From a virus (taxonomy: Duplodnaviria; Caudoviricetes), in IMG/VR virus record IMGVR_UViG_3300029818_000080, positions 1 to 45,230 of that record: a DNA stretch of 45,230 nucleotides; one strand, given 5' to 3'. Under the pieces are notes generated by a model, which saw only the letters and a program-made list of their open reading frames with translations, did no database searches and was not told the DNA's origin. This document shows positions 1 through 8,978 of the stretch, in pieces (the stretch's first letter is position 1; each line of letters begins with the position of its first letter). Both the position numbers and the translations under genes were made by a program.

Positions 1-429
1 TCATGCTACACCTGCCTTTTCTGCATTGGCTTTGGTTATGGGCCGCCAAGTAAAATCACCTTCACTTACCGGCGTTTCATGCTCTTTGCATTCACAGTCG
101 ATACCTTTCTTATCGTCTGCAACCGGTAGCCAGTAACTGCGAACTACGCTACTGTGGTTATCTTCTATGGCATCTGTCATGCCGAACTGCTTAATAACAA
201 ACGCTGCCTCCACAGCGCTGCAGCGCTTGCCTGATTTAGACACAGATAAGTGATACTCCGGCCCAATGGTTTTGTCCGGTACTTCCACAGCACTGATTGC
301 TGACAGCTTGTATTGCGGGTGGTACCAGGCGCAGTGTGCATAACCAGTATCAAGGCATTCACCGTGGCGGATCCATGCCGTGCTAATTGGTTCTTTTGGG
401 CTGATTATTGAAACAATCCCAGTTTTCAT
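1..429 (-). CDS. Phage hypothetical protein
   Basis: 142-aa ORF coupled to the upstream gene by an ATGA overlap; its own stop overlaps another ATG (positions 4-2), so the operon probably continues out of the window. Confidence 0.75.
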   Translation of the reverse strand: MKTGIVSIISPKEPISTAWIRHGECLDTGYAHCAWYHPQYKLSAISAVEVPDKTIGPEYHLSVSKSGKRCSAVEAAFVIKQFGMTDAIEDNHSSVVRSYWLPVADDKKGIDCECKEHETPVSEGDFTWRPITKANAEKAGVA

Positions 430-806
430 GCTGCACCTGCCTTTTGCTGATACTTCTCAAACCAAAAAACTACCGGTTTTTGCACTTCTTGAATTAATCC
501 AAACCGTTCTGCTGTTCGGAAATTTACTGACGATTTCCGTCCGCGCTCCACTTGCTTTGATATTTCCATGCGGAATTCATCAACGCTAAACGTTGTCTTG
601 AATAAGTTGCAAGGCACGCATGCGGGAAAATAGTTATCAAGTCTTTCGTTGTGTGGGCGCATTAATCCAGTTGGCGTGTCATAGCCGCGATAAATAGCCT
701 CAACGTGGTCAGCATGCCACTTGCTACCCAGTTTGCAGCCGCAATAAGCGCACCGGCCGCCGAACATTGGTTTAAGCGCTTCGCGCTGCTTCTTAGTTAG
801 TGGCAT
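426..806 (-). CDS. HNH endonuclease
   Basis: CAYCG...WHADHVEAI...NYFPACVPCNLFK zinc-binding HNH signature. Confidence 0.92.
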   Translation of the reverse strand: MPLTKKQREALKPMFGGRCAYCGCKLGSKWHADHVEAIYRGYDTPTGLMRPHNERLDNYFPACVPCNLFKTTFSVDEFRMEISKQVERGRKSSVNFRTAERFGLIQEVQKPVVFWFEKYQQKAGAA

Positions 807-1090
807 GCTGCACCTGCCTTAGCTTCTGCTCTTAGTTCTGCCAGATAGCCAGCTGGCCACCAAAGAGTAAGCCCTTTGTGAATTGGGAATCGAAGTACAA
901 CACCAGCCTTAGAAAGCTTATGCAATTCACGTAAAAGCACCTTTCTATCTATACCGGCTTTATGCGCTGCACAAGAGTTTGATACTCCATTGTGCCGGCC
1001 GAAAATCTCATCAGAATCGCAGTGAGTTTCTAATGCAAAACGCTTAGTGCTGTCTAAAATTGCTGCTTTTAATATTGCTAATGCGTCCAT
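797..1090 (-). CDS. Hypothetical protein, possible winged-helix
   Basis: 97 aa in operon; AHKAGIDRKVLLRELHKLSKAGVV resembles a wHTH. Confidence 0.6.
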   Translation of the reverse strand: MDALAILKAAILDSTKRFALETHCDSDEIFGRHNGVSNSCAAHKAGIDRKVLLRELHKLSKAGVVLRFPIHKGLTLWWPAGYLAELRAEAKAGAACH

Positions 1091-1093
1091 ACA

Positions 1094-1552
1094 TCACCCC
1101 ACATGCGGCAGCAGAGGCGGCAGTTTGCCGGTGCGCTGCGCTTCGTTGATTTCAGGTAACAGGCGCTGGCCAACGGTTTCACCGCCGGGCAGTACCAGAT
1201 GCGCCATAAACTCTTCGTCGAATGTTGTAATGCCGGCTTCAACTGCTTCAAGTTTGGCCTTAACTACCAATGCCAGTGCGCGGTACCGCTGGCGGCAGGC
1301 TTGATCCCACTCTTTAAGTGCAACCGATTCCGTTCTGGCTCTGCCTGTTTCGCTTTTCCAAAACTGCTTATCGGCTTTATCTGGCAGCGGCACGACAATG
1401 CGCACCTGCCGGCCGCCCATAACAAACCCGACAGCAACGCTGCCAGGCTTGGTGCCATACATGAACTGGTCGGCGCCGTATTTGGTTAACGTGCGCTCAA
1501 TTTCCATAACGCTTTGGCTGGTGCCAACTGCTGTTTTTTCTGCGTAGGCCAT
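1094..1552 (-). CDS. Phage hypothetical protein
   Basis: 152-aa ORF (MAYAEKTAV...EIERTLTKYGA...ALVVKAKLEAVEAGI) tightly packed in the operon. Confidence 0.8.
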   Translation of the reverse strand: MAYAEKTAVGTSQSVMEIERTLTKYGADQFMYGTKPGSVAVGFVMGGRQVRIVVPLPDKADKQFWKSETGRARTESVALKEWDQACRQRYRALALVVKAKLEAVEAGITTFDEEFMAHLVLPGGETVGQRLLPEINEAQRTGKLPPLLPHVG

Positions 1553-2151
1553 TAGTTGCCTACCTTAGCCTGTTGGCGTAGCTGGTCTTTAAACATATCC
1601 AAGCAAGCCAGGTAGGTATCAAAGTTCACGCCCTCTTGCGGGAACATCATTTCTATAAAAGCATCGAATGAATCAACAACCTCCACGTTATGTTCTGCTA
1701 AGCATTGGGCTGGTGTTTCATTCAAAACATCATTTGCAAAACTAACTGCCTCAATATCTAAAAGCTCATCGTCTGCAAAAAACTTAAGGGCTTTACGAAG
1801 CCTGCTAACCTGCGCCTGTAGCCCAGAATTCTTCCGCGTTAAATCGGCTATGCGCTCGGATAAGACGGCGTTGCTTTCCTGCGGGTTTTTATCGTCCAGC
1901 AAAACAAACTGCTCGTCGGCGGGGATGCTGTACAGGTACCAATCGTCGGCGCCCTCGTATTCAACCCACATCACGCCGGTGTCATCTTCATCAATTTGGC
2001 AGCTGTCCGGGTCTGCAATTACGCCAATTTGCATAACGCTGTGGCCTAAGCCGTTAAGCTCGGTGGTTACAGCAACGCGGCATTCAATCAGCGCATTCAG
2101 GCCAAACTGATCAATGGCCTGCTGGCCGGTAAGTATTTGTGGGGTTTTCAT
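1552..2151 (-). CDS. Hypothetical protein with coiled-coil segment
   Basis: 199-aa ORF overlapping both neighbours. Confidence 0.75.
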   Translation of the reverse strand: MKTPQILTGQQAIDQFGLNALIECRVAVTTELNGLGHSVMQIGVIADPDSCQIDEDDTGVMWVEYEGADDWYLYSIPADEQFVLLDDKNPQESNAVLSERIADLTRKNSGLQAQVSRLRKALKFFADDELLDIEAVSFANDVLNETPAQCLAEHNVEVVDSFDAFIEMMFPQEGVNFDTYLACLDMFKDQLRQQAKVGN

Positions 2152-3812
2152 GCTGCTGCTCCGGCTTCTCTGTGGTCATTAATCAAAGCTTTAACGTGCT
2201 GTGAAACGGCTAGTGTTGTTGAGCCTGGCGCTAAAATCATTTTGTTAGCTGATTCACAAAGCCTTTCAAATAGCTCCGTGGTATAAACTTGCTGGTATTG
2301 CTCTGCGGTAATAGCGCAATGCACAATCTGAGTTACTTCAACTGGCCATTTGTGAGCTGGTTCAGCTTCAGGACTTTCAGCCTTTTCATTCTCTGAAATG
2401 TATTTTGCAATTGCTGCAGTGGCCTCGTCCCAATTGGTGTATTGGCCGATCAATACTCTTTTGGCGCCGCGATTTTCTATGGGAGCATAAGCATCAAGAA
2501 GTGGGTAATACTGACACTTCTTAGCCACCATTTTTGCCGGCATTTCAATAATTGGCCGGTTCTGGTCCCGGTGTTCGGTTTTCAGAATCCATAGGCTTGA
2601 ACAGCCCATGTACCATTGACCGGCAGCGCGCTTACCTTCCATGCTTTGCATTTCTTCTGGTATGCCCAATAAACCATAATGATCAGCGGGGTTAAGGCTT
2701 CGCCCATTAAGGTCGGTATCTTTAACTTTTTCAGCTACCGCAGTGGGCTGTTCAGGTTCTTGCGCTTGCTCTTGCTGTGATTCGTTTTTGGTAACCAGGG
2801 CTGGTTCATCGTGAGCCAGAATAGCTGCTTTTATCTGTTTGGTACTGTAGATGTCACACTTGCCGAACATGCCATCAAGCTGCAGCATTAGCGCAAGGTG
2901 ATCTCCATCAAAGCTAATTTTCCCGCTAGCCAGTTGGTCTGCTATTTGTTCGCTGGTAAATTCAACCACTGGAATTTGAAGCGGCAACTCTGGCTCCGGT
3001 TGCTGTTCACTTTCAGTATTCAATTCCGTTTGAGCCTTAATTTCACCTGATTCTGCGATACAAGGCAGTTGTAAAGCATCCGTTGACAACTCAGCTTCCG
3101 GTAACTTACAAGCATTGCTTAAAGGTTCGCCGGGGTGTGCATTATCTACCCGGTGTTCTAACGTGGCGCTGACATAATGCTGGGCCAGTTCGCTGGCGCG
3201 TTGCTCGATCATGCTGATAATGGCGTTGGCCTGGGCAAGCAGTGTATCGCGCTCGATGTACTGCATTGGCTGGCCGCGCCATTCTTTATCGAATACGCAA
3301 ATGGCCACGGCAAAACCGGCGCTGCTGGCTTTGTCTTTGTCGCTGGCGGGTATAAACCACTGCGGCAAGTCGAAGCTGATGCGTCCGCGCACGAAAGCAA
3401 TGTGATCCGCTTCTTCCGGCCACCACACTTCGCTGGTGGCAGATTTAAGCAGCATGACAATACGGGCGCCTTTTTCTCGCTCAGCCATTACTTTTGCCAT
3501 GATGTTTCGCATGCCGGTAATAGCCTGCTTGTCATCATCGTAAGCGCTGCGCGAATAGGGCGGGTTAGCGAATGCTTTGCCGCCGGCTAAATCGGCTGTC
3601 CAGTCTTGTACCAGTGCGTTATTTTCAGCGGTGTAAAACCGTGGGCATTTGCTGTTATCCGCATCGGTAAACAGGTCGATAATAAACGGGCCAAACACGG
3701 CGTTAATACCCCAGAACAAAGCTGGCGGGGTTTGCCATTGGTCGCCAACTTCGCTCAGCTTATGGGCTGGTTTGGCTTTAAGTTCTGCTAAAGCTTGGGT
3801 GTAGTGGTTCAT
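2148..3812 (-). CDS. Phage N6-adenine DNA methyltransferase (Dam-like) with long C-terminal extension
   Basis: DQWQTPPALF, IDLF, catalytic ANPPYSR and RGRISF motifs within the first ~200 aa. Confidence 0.9.
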   Translation of the reverse strand: MNHYTQALAELKAKPAHKLSEVGDQWQTPPALFWGINAVFGPFIIDLFTDADNSKCPRFYTAENNALVQDWTADLAGGKAFANPPYSRSAYDDDKQAITGMRNIMAKVMAEREKGARIVMLLKSATSEVWWPEEADHIAFVRGRISFDLPQWFIPASDKDKASSAGFAVAICVFDKEWRGQPMQYIERDTLLAQANAIISMIEQRASELAQHYVSATLEHRVDNAHPGEPLSNACKLPEAELSTDALQLPCIAESGEIKAQTELNTESEQQPEPELPLQIPVVEFTSEQIADQLASGKISFDGDHLALMLQLDGMFGKCDIYSTKQIKAAILAHDEPALVTKNESQQEQAQEPEQPTAVAEKVKDTDLNGRSLNPADHYGLLGIPEEMQSMEGKRAAGQWYMGCSSLWILKTEHRDQNRPIIEMPAKMVAKKCQYYPLLDAYAPIENRGAKRVLIGQYTNWDEATAAIAKYISENEKAESPEAEPAHKWPVEVTQIVHCAITAEQYQQVYTTELFERLCESANKMILAPGSTTLAVSQHVKALINDHREAGAAA

Positions 3813-4519
3813 GCCGCCACCTCCGGAACCTTGCCGTTAGTGGTTAGCACTTTAAAATCGACTACCCAAACCCACGGGTTAGAGGACCAGCTTTCAGGGC
3901 TGTTTATAGATTCCCATAGTTTCCTGAAGCCGCCTGCATACCAGTACTCAGTCCAGCCGTTTCCGCAATCATCTTCTCTGTCTAACTCTATGGGCTGACA
4001 CCCTTCTGCAACAGCATCAGATTCGGTAATATCCTGCAACCGCTCAACACGCACATTGGTTATTTCCAGAATTATGCGGCATGCCCAGCGGGGCATGTGG
4101 ATAGATGGGCGCCACCGGCAAACAGTTTCATCGTCAACAGTAGTGAACTCTGGCCGTGGCACGCCATCAGCAGCGTAAACACAAAACTCTGGCTTTTCGT
4201 ATCCATCAGGATAGTCGCCGCCTTGGTCTATTAACGGGCCTTGGAAAGTCTCACGCACCCAAAGGCGCTGTCCTATGCGCCCGAATGGGCAAAGGGAGCG
4301 ATACTCTTTGTTATAGTTATCCATGCACGTTTCAGCAGTCTCACCGAACAAACCAAACCCCCAGCGCGGATCACGCTGAGCAACAGAAATAAATCGAGTT
4401 CCATCATGGGTTTTATGCGGTAGTTGCCACTCAGGAACTAGGCGCCGCGTCTGAGTTTTCCGGCCCGCCAGAATTGCCTGCACCATGGCGGTGTTGAATA
4501 AAATTGGACGTTCTTTCAT
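3809..4519 (-). CDS. ASCH/PUA-like phage protein
   Basis: MKERPILFN..MVQAILAGRKTQTRR, RLWVRETF, WRPSIHMPRWACRI, NPWVWVVDF. Confidence 0.85.
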   Translation of the reverse strand: MKERPILFNTAMVQAILAGRKTQTRRLVPEWQLPHKTHDGTRFISVAQRDPRWGFGLFGETAETCMDNYNKEYRSLCPFGRIGQRLWVRETFQGPLIDQGGDYPDGYEKPEFCVYAADGVPRPEFTTVDDETVCRWRPSIHMPRWACRIILEITNVRVERLQDITESDAVAEGCQPIELDREDDCGNGWTEYWYAGGFRKLWESINSPESWSSNPWVWVVDFKVLTTNGKVPEVAA

Positions 4520-5157
4520 TGGGCCACCTCGCCAGCCTTAACGGCGTCATACAGCGCGATGGCGTGAACGATGGCATAGCAGCACCAGATATAGTGAAAT
4601 CTGAATTTCTGTAAGCCACGATGGCCTTCCCAAAAATCCTCTAAATCCATACCACCAGCGTCTGACGCATCCCAGTTATTTATGCGCGCCACAACATCCC
4701 ATTCAGATGCTTCACGGCTGTTCTTAAAGCCCTCAACCGCTTCAGTTGCCTGGGCTATTTTTTCCGCATCTTCTTCAACGTCTGGATCTAGCCCATCGAT
4801 AAAATCTTCCAGGTATTCCATCAGCCGTTTATCGTAAGCAGAAAAGTCAGGCTCTGAAGTAATGGCTTCCGCTCCGGCAGGGCCAGCACCGGCCTGAACT
4901 TTCTCTTGCCAGTAGCCGGGGTTAATGTTGCTACCTTGGCCTCTGAAAAACTCAAACATATCGTTCGTGCGCTGAAACACATAACAACCCATATCACCGC
5001 TAATGCACAGGTAGCCTGGCCATGTTGTAATGTTGTAGTGGTAGGCGCTACTCTGTGGCTTTGCCACGCGAAAATTGCGGTAAACGCCATTATCAAGCAG
5101 AACAGTTAAATTATGCTCTGCAGTGTCTTTTTGGAAACGCTCTAATGTGCAAGTCAT
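4516..5157 (-). CDS. Phage hypothetical protein
   Basis: 213 aa, ITTWPGYLCISGDMG and INPGYWQEK motifs; ATGA-coupled. Confidence 0.8.
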   Translation of the reverse strand: MTCTLERFQKDTAEHNLTVLLDNGVYRNFRVAKPQSSAYHYNITTWPGYLCISGDMGCYVFQRTNDMFEFFRGQGSNINPGYWQEKVQAGAGPAGAEAITSEPDFSAYDKRLMEYLEDFIDGLDPDVEEDAEKIAQATEAVEGFKNSREASEWDVVARINNWDASDAGGMDLEDFWEGHRGLQKFRFHYIWCCYAIVHAIALYDAVKAGEVAQ

Positions 5158-6050
5158 ACCCCAACACTCCCCTGAACCGCCATTAACACGCTGCGCAGTT
5201 CGCTGGTCAGCAGGTATAAATCTGCTTCTAAACGGGCTTGTAAATCTTCATAGCCCATTTCGTCGTTTTTCGCGGTAATAGCATCGGCCCACTTAATGCC
5301 GGTAATGGCGCCATCGTCGCGCATGGTGAACGTGCACACTTCTGCTTTGCTCAGTTGCAGCTGGGTTACCAGCTTGTCCTGCAGGTGCGCCTGTACTTCA
5401 TCATGCGTTAACAGGTGGTCTTTAAACGCGGCCTTGGCGCCTTCTTCGTCGGGGGCTTTTAATTGGGCGTTGTGGCCCAGCGTTAACTCAGCCGGCAGGC
5501 TTTTGTTTTGCAGCCATAACTGCAGCTGGCTGTTCAGCTTGTGGTTATCCAGCCATGGCAGAGCGGGCAGGGTGCCGATGGCTTTGCGCAGCAGGGCTAA
5601 AACATCCTCTGCTTTGCTGGCGCTGGCGGTATCAACAATAATTTGGTTACCGGCCATATCAATGTAAGCACGGGTAATGGTGCTGCGGCTGAACGCACGC
5701 GGTAGCAGGCTTAGCTGCAATTCTTCTTTAAGCTGCTGCTTTTCCTTGCGACTTAACGGCCGGCCTTTTTCTTGCTCGGCTGCTTCAATTTTTGGCAGCA
5801 GCTCTTCATTAATCACCGCGGCCGGCAGTAACTTTTGCGTGGTTTTAACCGCAACAACCAATACGCCGTTGAGCAGCTGCGTTACCAGCGGGTTAATGCT
5901 GGCATGCAGTGGCTGGCAAAAGCCGGTGTGTGCAAACTCCTGCGCGCTAAGTGGCCGGGTTTTAAATTCTGATAAAGCCTGTTCCAGCGTTTCAGCGGTT
6001 ACAGGCAACGTGGCTGATAGGCGGTAAATACGGGCGTTTTTTATGTTCAT
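5154..6050 (-). CDS. rdgC: Recombination-associated protein RdgC
   Basis: KNARIYRL start, KLLPAAVI, LLPRAFSR, IVDTASASKAEDVLALLRKAIGTLP; 298 aa. Confidence 0.93.
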   Translation of the reverse strand: MNIKNARIYRLSATLPVTAETLEQALSEFKTRPLSAQEFAHTGFCQPLHASINPLVTQLLNGVLVVAVKTTQKLLPAAVINEELLPKIEAAEQEKGRPLSRKEKQQLKEELQLSLLPRAFSRSTITRAYIDMAGNQIIVDTASASKAEDVLALLRKAIGTLPALPWLDNHKLNSQLQLWLQNKSLPAELTLGHNAQLKAPDEEGAKAAFKDHLLTHDEVQAHLQDKLVTQLQLSKAEVCTFTMRDDGAITGIKWADAITAKNDEMGYEDLQARLEADLYLLTSELRSVLMAVQGSVGV

Positions 6051-6060
6051 CTTATTATCC

Positions 6061-6429
6061 TTAAATCAGTGCTGTTTGCAGCTCGTAGTTTTTACTGCTG
6101 TCGTACTTCTGCCAGCTTTTGCTCATGCGGGTTTTGCCGCCTTTGGCTTTGCGCTCTACCGGTGCTTTGATCATCACTACGCAGCGCTTTGCCCCCCCCT
6201 TAACGGCCATTTCAATAAACTGCTGGCAGGTTTCTGGTGTGGCGAACTCACCGCTTAAAATTACCGGCTTCATTTGCTGCATGTACTTTTCAGTGGCTGC
6301 GTTTAGCGCTTCCTGATATTCCTCGGGCGTTAGCTGGCGCAGTGCTGCGCCGCGGCCGGTGGTTTTAGGGGTTTTCTTGATGGCCATAGCGCGTGCCTTG
6401 GCCTGGTTAATGCCGAATACTGCAAACAT
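6061..6429 (-). CDS. Basic hypothetical protein
   Basis: 122-aa Lys-rich ORF in operon with upstream SD-like GGAG. Confidence 0.75.
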   Translation of the reverse strand: MFAVFGINQAKARAMAIKKTPKTTGRGAALRQLTPEEYQEALNAATEKYMQQMKPVILSGEFATPETCQQFIEMAVKGGAKRCVVMIKAPVERKAKGGKTRMSKSWQKYDSSKNYELQTALI

Positions 6430-6431
6430 GG

Positions 6432-7532
6432 TTATGCTCTCCGCTCTTGATGCAAACGTATAACGGCCAGGTCCATTTGCAGGGCTTCAATGGCGCGTTT
6501 TAATTCGGTGCTGTGTGGTGATAACAACAGGCTGCAATAACCCAGGGCGCGCTCTTTTGCGCTGATATCGTCAATTACAGGGTGATCCTGGCTGCTTTGC
6601 TCTTGCTCAAACTCGCTGGCCATTTGGTCAAAGTTAAAACCGCTAAGCACGGCGTTTTCTAGCGATTCGTCTATGTCCTCCACGTGACAACGAAGGACGT
6701 AAATCTCGCTGTTTGAATCAATATCAGCTCCAACCCATGCGCGGGATATGTCAGCAGATACAGCGACGGGCTGCTGCAACTTTTCGGTTATTTCCTGCAG
6801 AATTTGCTTGTCTGTCTCAAGCTGAAAAAAAGATGCGGCGGCATGCGCTGCAAGCTCTGCGGCTTGTTCATCGTCAGTCTCGCGTGCCGCCTGCTCTTTA
6901 TCTGTTGCGCGATGCTTAATCAGAGCATCCAATTCTTGCTTGATAGCCTCGGTTATCTTGTCAGGGAAGTTAGCTGGTGAATCTTCCGAAACGAACTTCC
7001 TTCCTTGGGGAGTAATGTAAAAGCTTCCGCCAGTGTATTTTTTGGCTAAACCTAAATCAGCTAATTTATAAAGCGCCTTACGGACTGCGCCATGGCTGCC
7101 ATTAGCTAACTTTGCTGTTTTATTAATGCCAACAGATTTAGATGCCTCAAACAGAATTAACAATACGCAGGCTATAAGGGTGGCCTCTGTGTATAGAAAT
7201 TCTTCATCGCTGATATCTTTACTACACAGCTCTGCTTTATCTGCAACAGCTGGCGCTGTGGTGGTGGCTTCGGCAGGGGCCGTTGCGGCTGGCAGCAGGT
7301 GATCATAGCTTTCGTTTTTGGCTATGCACTGCAGCACGCGCTGGCCGTTCTCGGTAATTTTCAGAGCGTCTTTATCTGCTTTACGTATAAAGCCTACGTA
7401 CTCGAGCTGGCGCACCATGTTGTCTACTAAGGCTTTTTCCAGCTTTAATTGTTTACTTAAGCCGTAAGCAGTGCCCACTGAACCAAGCGTGAGGTTGCGC
7501 AATATAGCAACGTGAGTTTTATTGAGTGTCAT
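6432..7532 (-). CDS. Protein with two winged-helix domains and acidic C-terminus
   Basis: Start reassigned to ATG 7532; two wHTH-like segments ending KITENGQRVL and YITPQGRKFV. Confidence 0.75.
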   Translation of the reverse strand: MTLNKTHVAILRNLTLGSVGTAYGLSKQLKLEKALVDNMVRQLEYVGFIRKADKDALKITENGQRVLQCIAKNESYDHLLPAATAPAEATTTAPAVADKAELCSKDISDEEFLYTEATLIACVLLILFEASKSVGINKTAKLANGSHGAVRKALYKLADLGLAKKYTGGSFYITPQGRKFVSEDSPANFPDKITEAIKQELDALIKHRATDKEQAARETDDEQAAELAAHAAASFFQLETDKQILQEITEKLQQPVAVSADISRAWVGADIDSNSEIYVLRCHVEDIDESLENAVLSGFNFDQMASEFEQEQSSQDHPVIDDISAKERALGYCSLLLSPHSTELKRAIEALQMDLAVIRLHQERRA

Positions 7533-7536
7533 GGCA

Positions 7537-7950
7537 TTAACCCTGTACTTGTATAACAGTGGTAACAGCAGCGTTTTGGTCGGCGTGCAGTTGTTCTGCA
7601 GCAACAGCGTTAACAAGGTTTAACCCGGCAGGGCTTAACCAATAACGGCCATCATGGCACTGCAGCAGGCCCAGCTGGCGTAGCTCATTTGCCAGAGCCG
7701 GGCCTTTGCCGGTTTCTTGAATGCCGTAAATTTCAAACTGCACCGGGTTAAAGGCCGGGTCGTCACCGGTTCGGCCAAATGCTTTGTGCCATTCATGCGC
7801 AACTGAAAGCCCGGCGCGCTGGCGCATGGTTAAGGTGTCGTACCGGTTAACCAGCTTCCAGCCGGTGGCTGCAGGCTGGATTGAAAGAGGTACTGCAGAT
7901 GTGGCTTTTACCTGGCTGGCTGCCGCCAGTGTTAGTGCTGTTATACTCAT
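7537..7950 (-). CDS. Hypothetical protein, C-terminal wHTH-like
   Basis: ELRQLGLLQCHDGRYWLSPAG wing motif; ATGA-coupled. Confidence 0.7.
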   Translation of the reverse strand: MSITALTLAAASQVKATSAVPLSIQPAATGWKLVNRYDTLTMRQRAGLSVAHEWHKAFGRTGDDPAFNPVQFEIYGIQETGKGPALANELRQLGLLQCHDGRYWLSPAGLNLVNAVAAEQLHADQNAAVTTVIQVQG

Positions 7951-8114
7951 GCGGCTTGCTCCTGCTGCTGTAAATGCGTAATGCGGCTGTTAATCATCAG
8001 CTGCACAAACTCGTGAACGCTTTTTAAACCACCCATGCTTTGCATCATCTGCATATCTTGCAGCGTGATGTTTTGCGCCAGGTACTGCAGTTCGGCTATT
8101 GCTTGATTACTCAT
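7947..8114 (-). CDS. Small hypothetical protein (55 aa, not in ORF track)
   Basis: Manual translation MSNQAIAELQYLAQ...QQQEQAA; ATGA overlaps with both neighbours. Confidence 0.75.
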   Translation of the reverse strand: MSNQAIAELQYLAQNITLQDMQMMQSMGGLKSVHEFVQLMINSRITHLQQQEQAA

Positions 8115-8335
8115 GCTTGTCGGCCCTTACGTGATAAGTCGTAATCGCTGATCTGGCAGGTCCCGTCATCTTGCGGGCCGTCAACGCCAGCCAGGTGCGG
8201 AAACCGAATGAAATTAACCGCTGGCTGGCGAAATCTTTCGCTTGGCTGCCGGCGAATAAATATTCCTTCGCGTTCTTCGTTGCCGAAAAAGGTATATAGA
8301 ATTTTTGCACCGGGCTTCAATTTGCTAGGTCTCAT
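8111..8335 (-). CDS. Hypothetical protein
   Basis: 74 aa; starts immediately after the upstream stop codon. Confidence 0.7.
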   Translation of the reverse strand: MRPSKLKPGAKILYTFFGNEEREGIFIRRQPSERFRQPAVNFIRFPHLAGVDGPQDDGTCQISDYDLSRKGRQA

Positions 8336-8458
8336 TCACTTAACCCCCAGCGTTATGGCTGCTACAAAAAGCACCAGAACCCAGACTGCAATGCCCCACA
8401 CAAACAAGGTGCTTGCCTTTTTTGGATGGAGAATTGCATCACTGATGGAACGTTTCAT
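8336..8458 (-). CDS. Small single-TM protein, first gene of left operon (40 aa, not in ORF track)
   Basis: MKRSISDAILHPKKASTLFVWGIAVWVLVLFVAAITLGVK; SD GAGGG at 8469-8465. Confidence 0.7.
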   Translation of the reverse strand: MKRSISDAILHPKKASTLFVWGIAVWVLVLFVAAITLGVK

Positions 8459-8469
8459 AAATATCCCTC

Positions 8470-8527
8470 ACAAGTAAAACTTGTATTATCATTACAAGTA
8501 TTACTGGAAAATACAAGTAAAAACTGT
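8470..8527. promoter_or_regulatory. Left operators (OL1-3)
   Basis: ACAAGTAAAACTTGT (8470-8484, dyad), ACAAGTATTACTGGA (8494-8508), ACAAGTAAAAACTGT (8513-8527); the same motif recurs between cI and cro. Confidence 0.85.
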
Positions 8528-8692
8528 AATAATTTCTCGTGAGGTCGATTGACGTTTATTTGAGAGGCTAGGCGCCGGCTTCAACAAGGTGCGGAGTTTC
8601 GATAAATGGATGATATTTGGCTTACATTGAGAATAATGCAGTAGAACTTTGGCTAAGAATGTGACAAATTCTGTCAACTAATAGGAGGGTGT

Positions 8693-8971
8693 ATGGAAGT
8701 AACAAGTAGTACGCAAGGAATGCAGATTAATATTGCAAGTGGTTCTGTTGGAGTTACCAAGGACGAACCGCAAAAAGCCCAATCAACAAGCCAAACCCAT
8801 ACGGATACCGTATCCATCTCTGAAGAAGCAAAGCGGCTGCTTGACGACGAAGCTAAATCAGCAAGTGAGTTGGATAATGGCGGCGGGACAGAGCCGCCGT
8901 TAATCGGCGCTCAGAGCGACAACGACTCGAGCAAGCTGTTCAACGGCGGTGGCACAGAGCCTCCGAAGTGA
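8693..8971 (+). CDS. Putative peptide precursor with two NGGGTEPP repeats and a FlgM-like motif
   Basis: Strong SD AGGAGG; 92 aa, S/T/Q-rich; DTVSISEEAKRLL; repeats at 8876-8899 and 8942-8965. Confidence 0.8.
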   Translation: MEVTSSTQGMQINIASGSVGVTKDEPQKAQSTSQTHTDTVSISEEAKRLLDDEAKSASELDNGGGTEPPLIGAQSDNDSSKLFNGGGTEPPK

Positions 8972-8978
8972 GGCTAAC

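Noticed and set aside
8520-8692. sigma28 promoter for the peptide gene
   Set aside because: Candidates (TTCGATAA at ~8598, GTCGATTG at ~8543, TAAG-N15-GTCAACTA at 8654-8680) lack a correctly spaced TAAA or sit too close to the SD.
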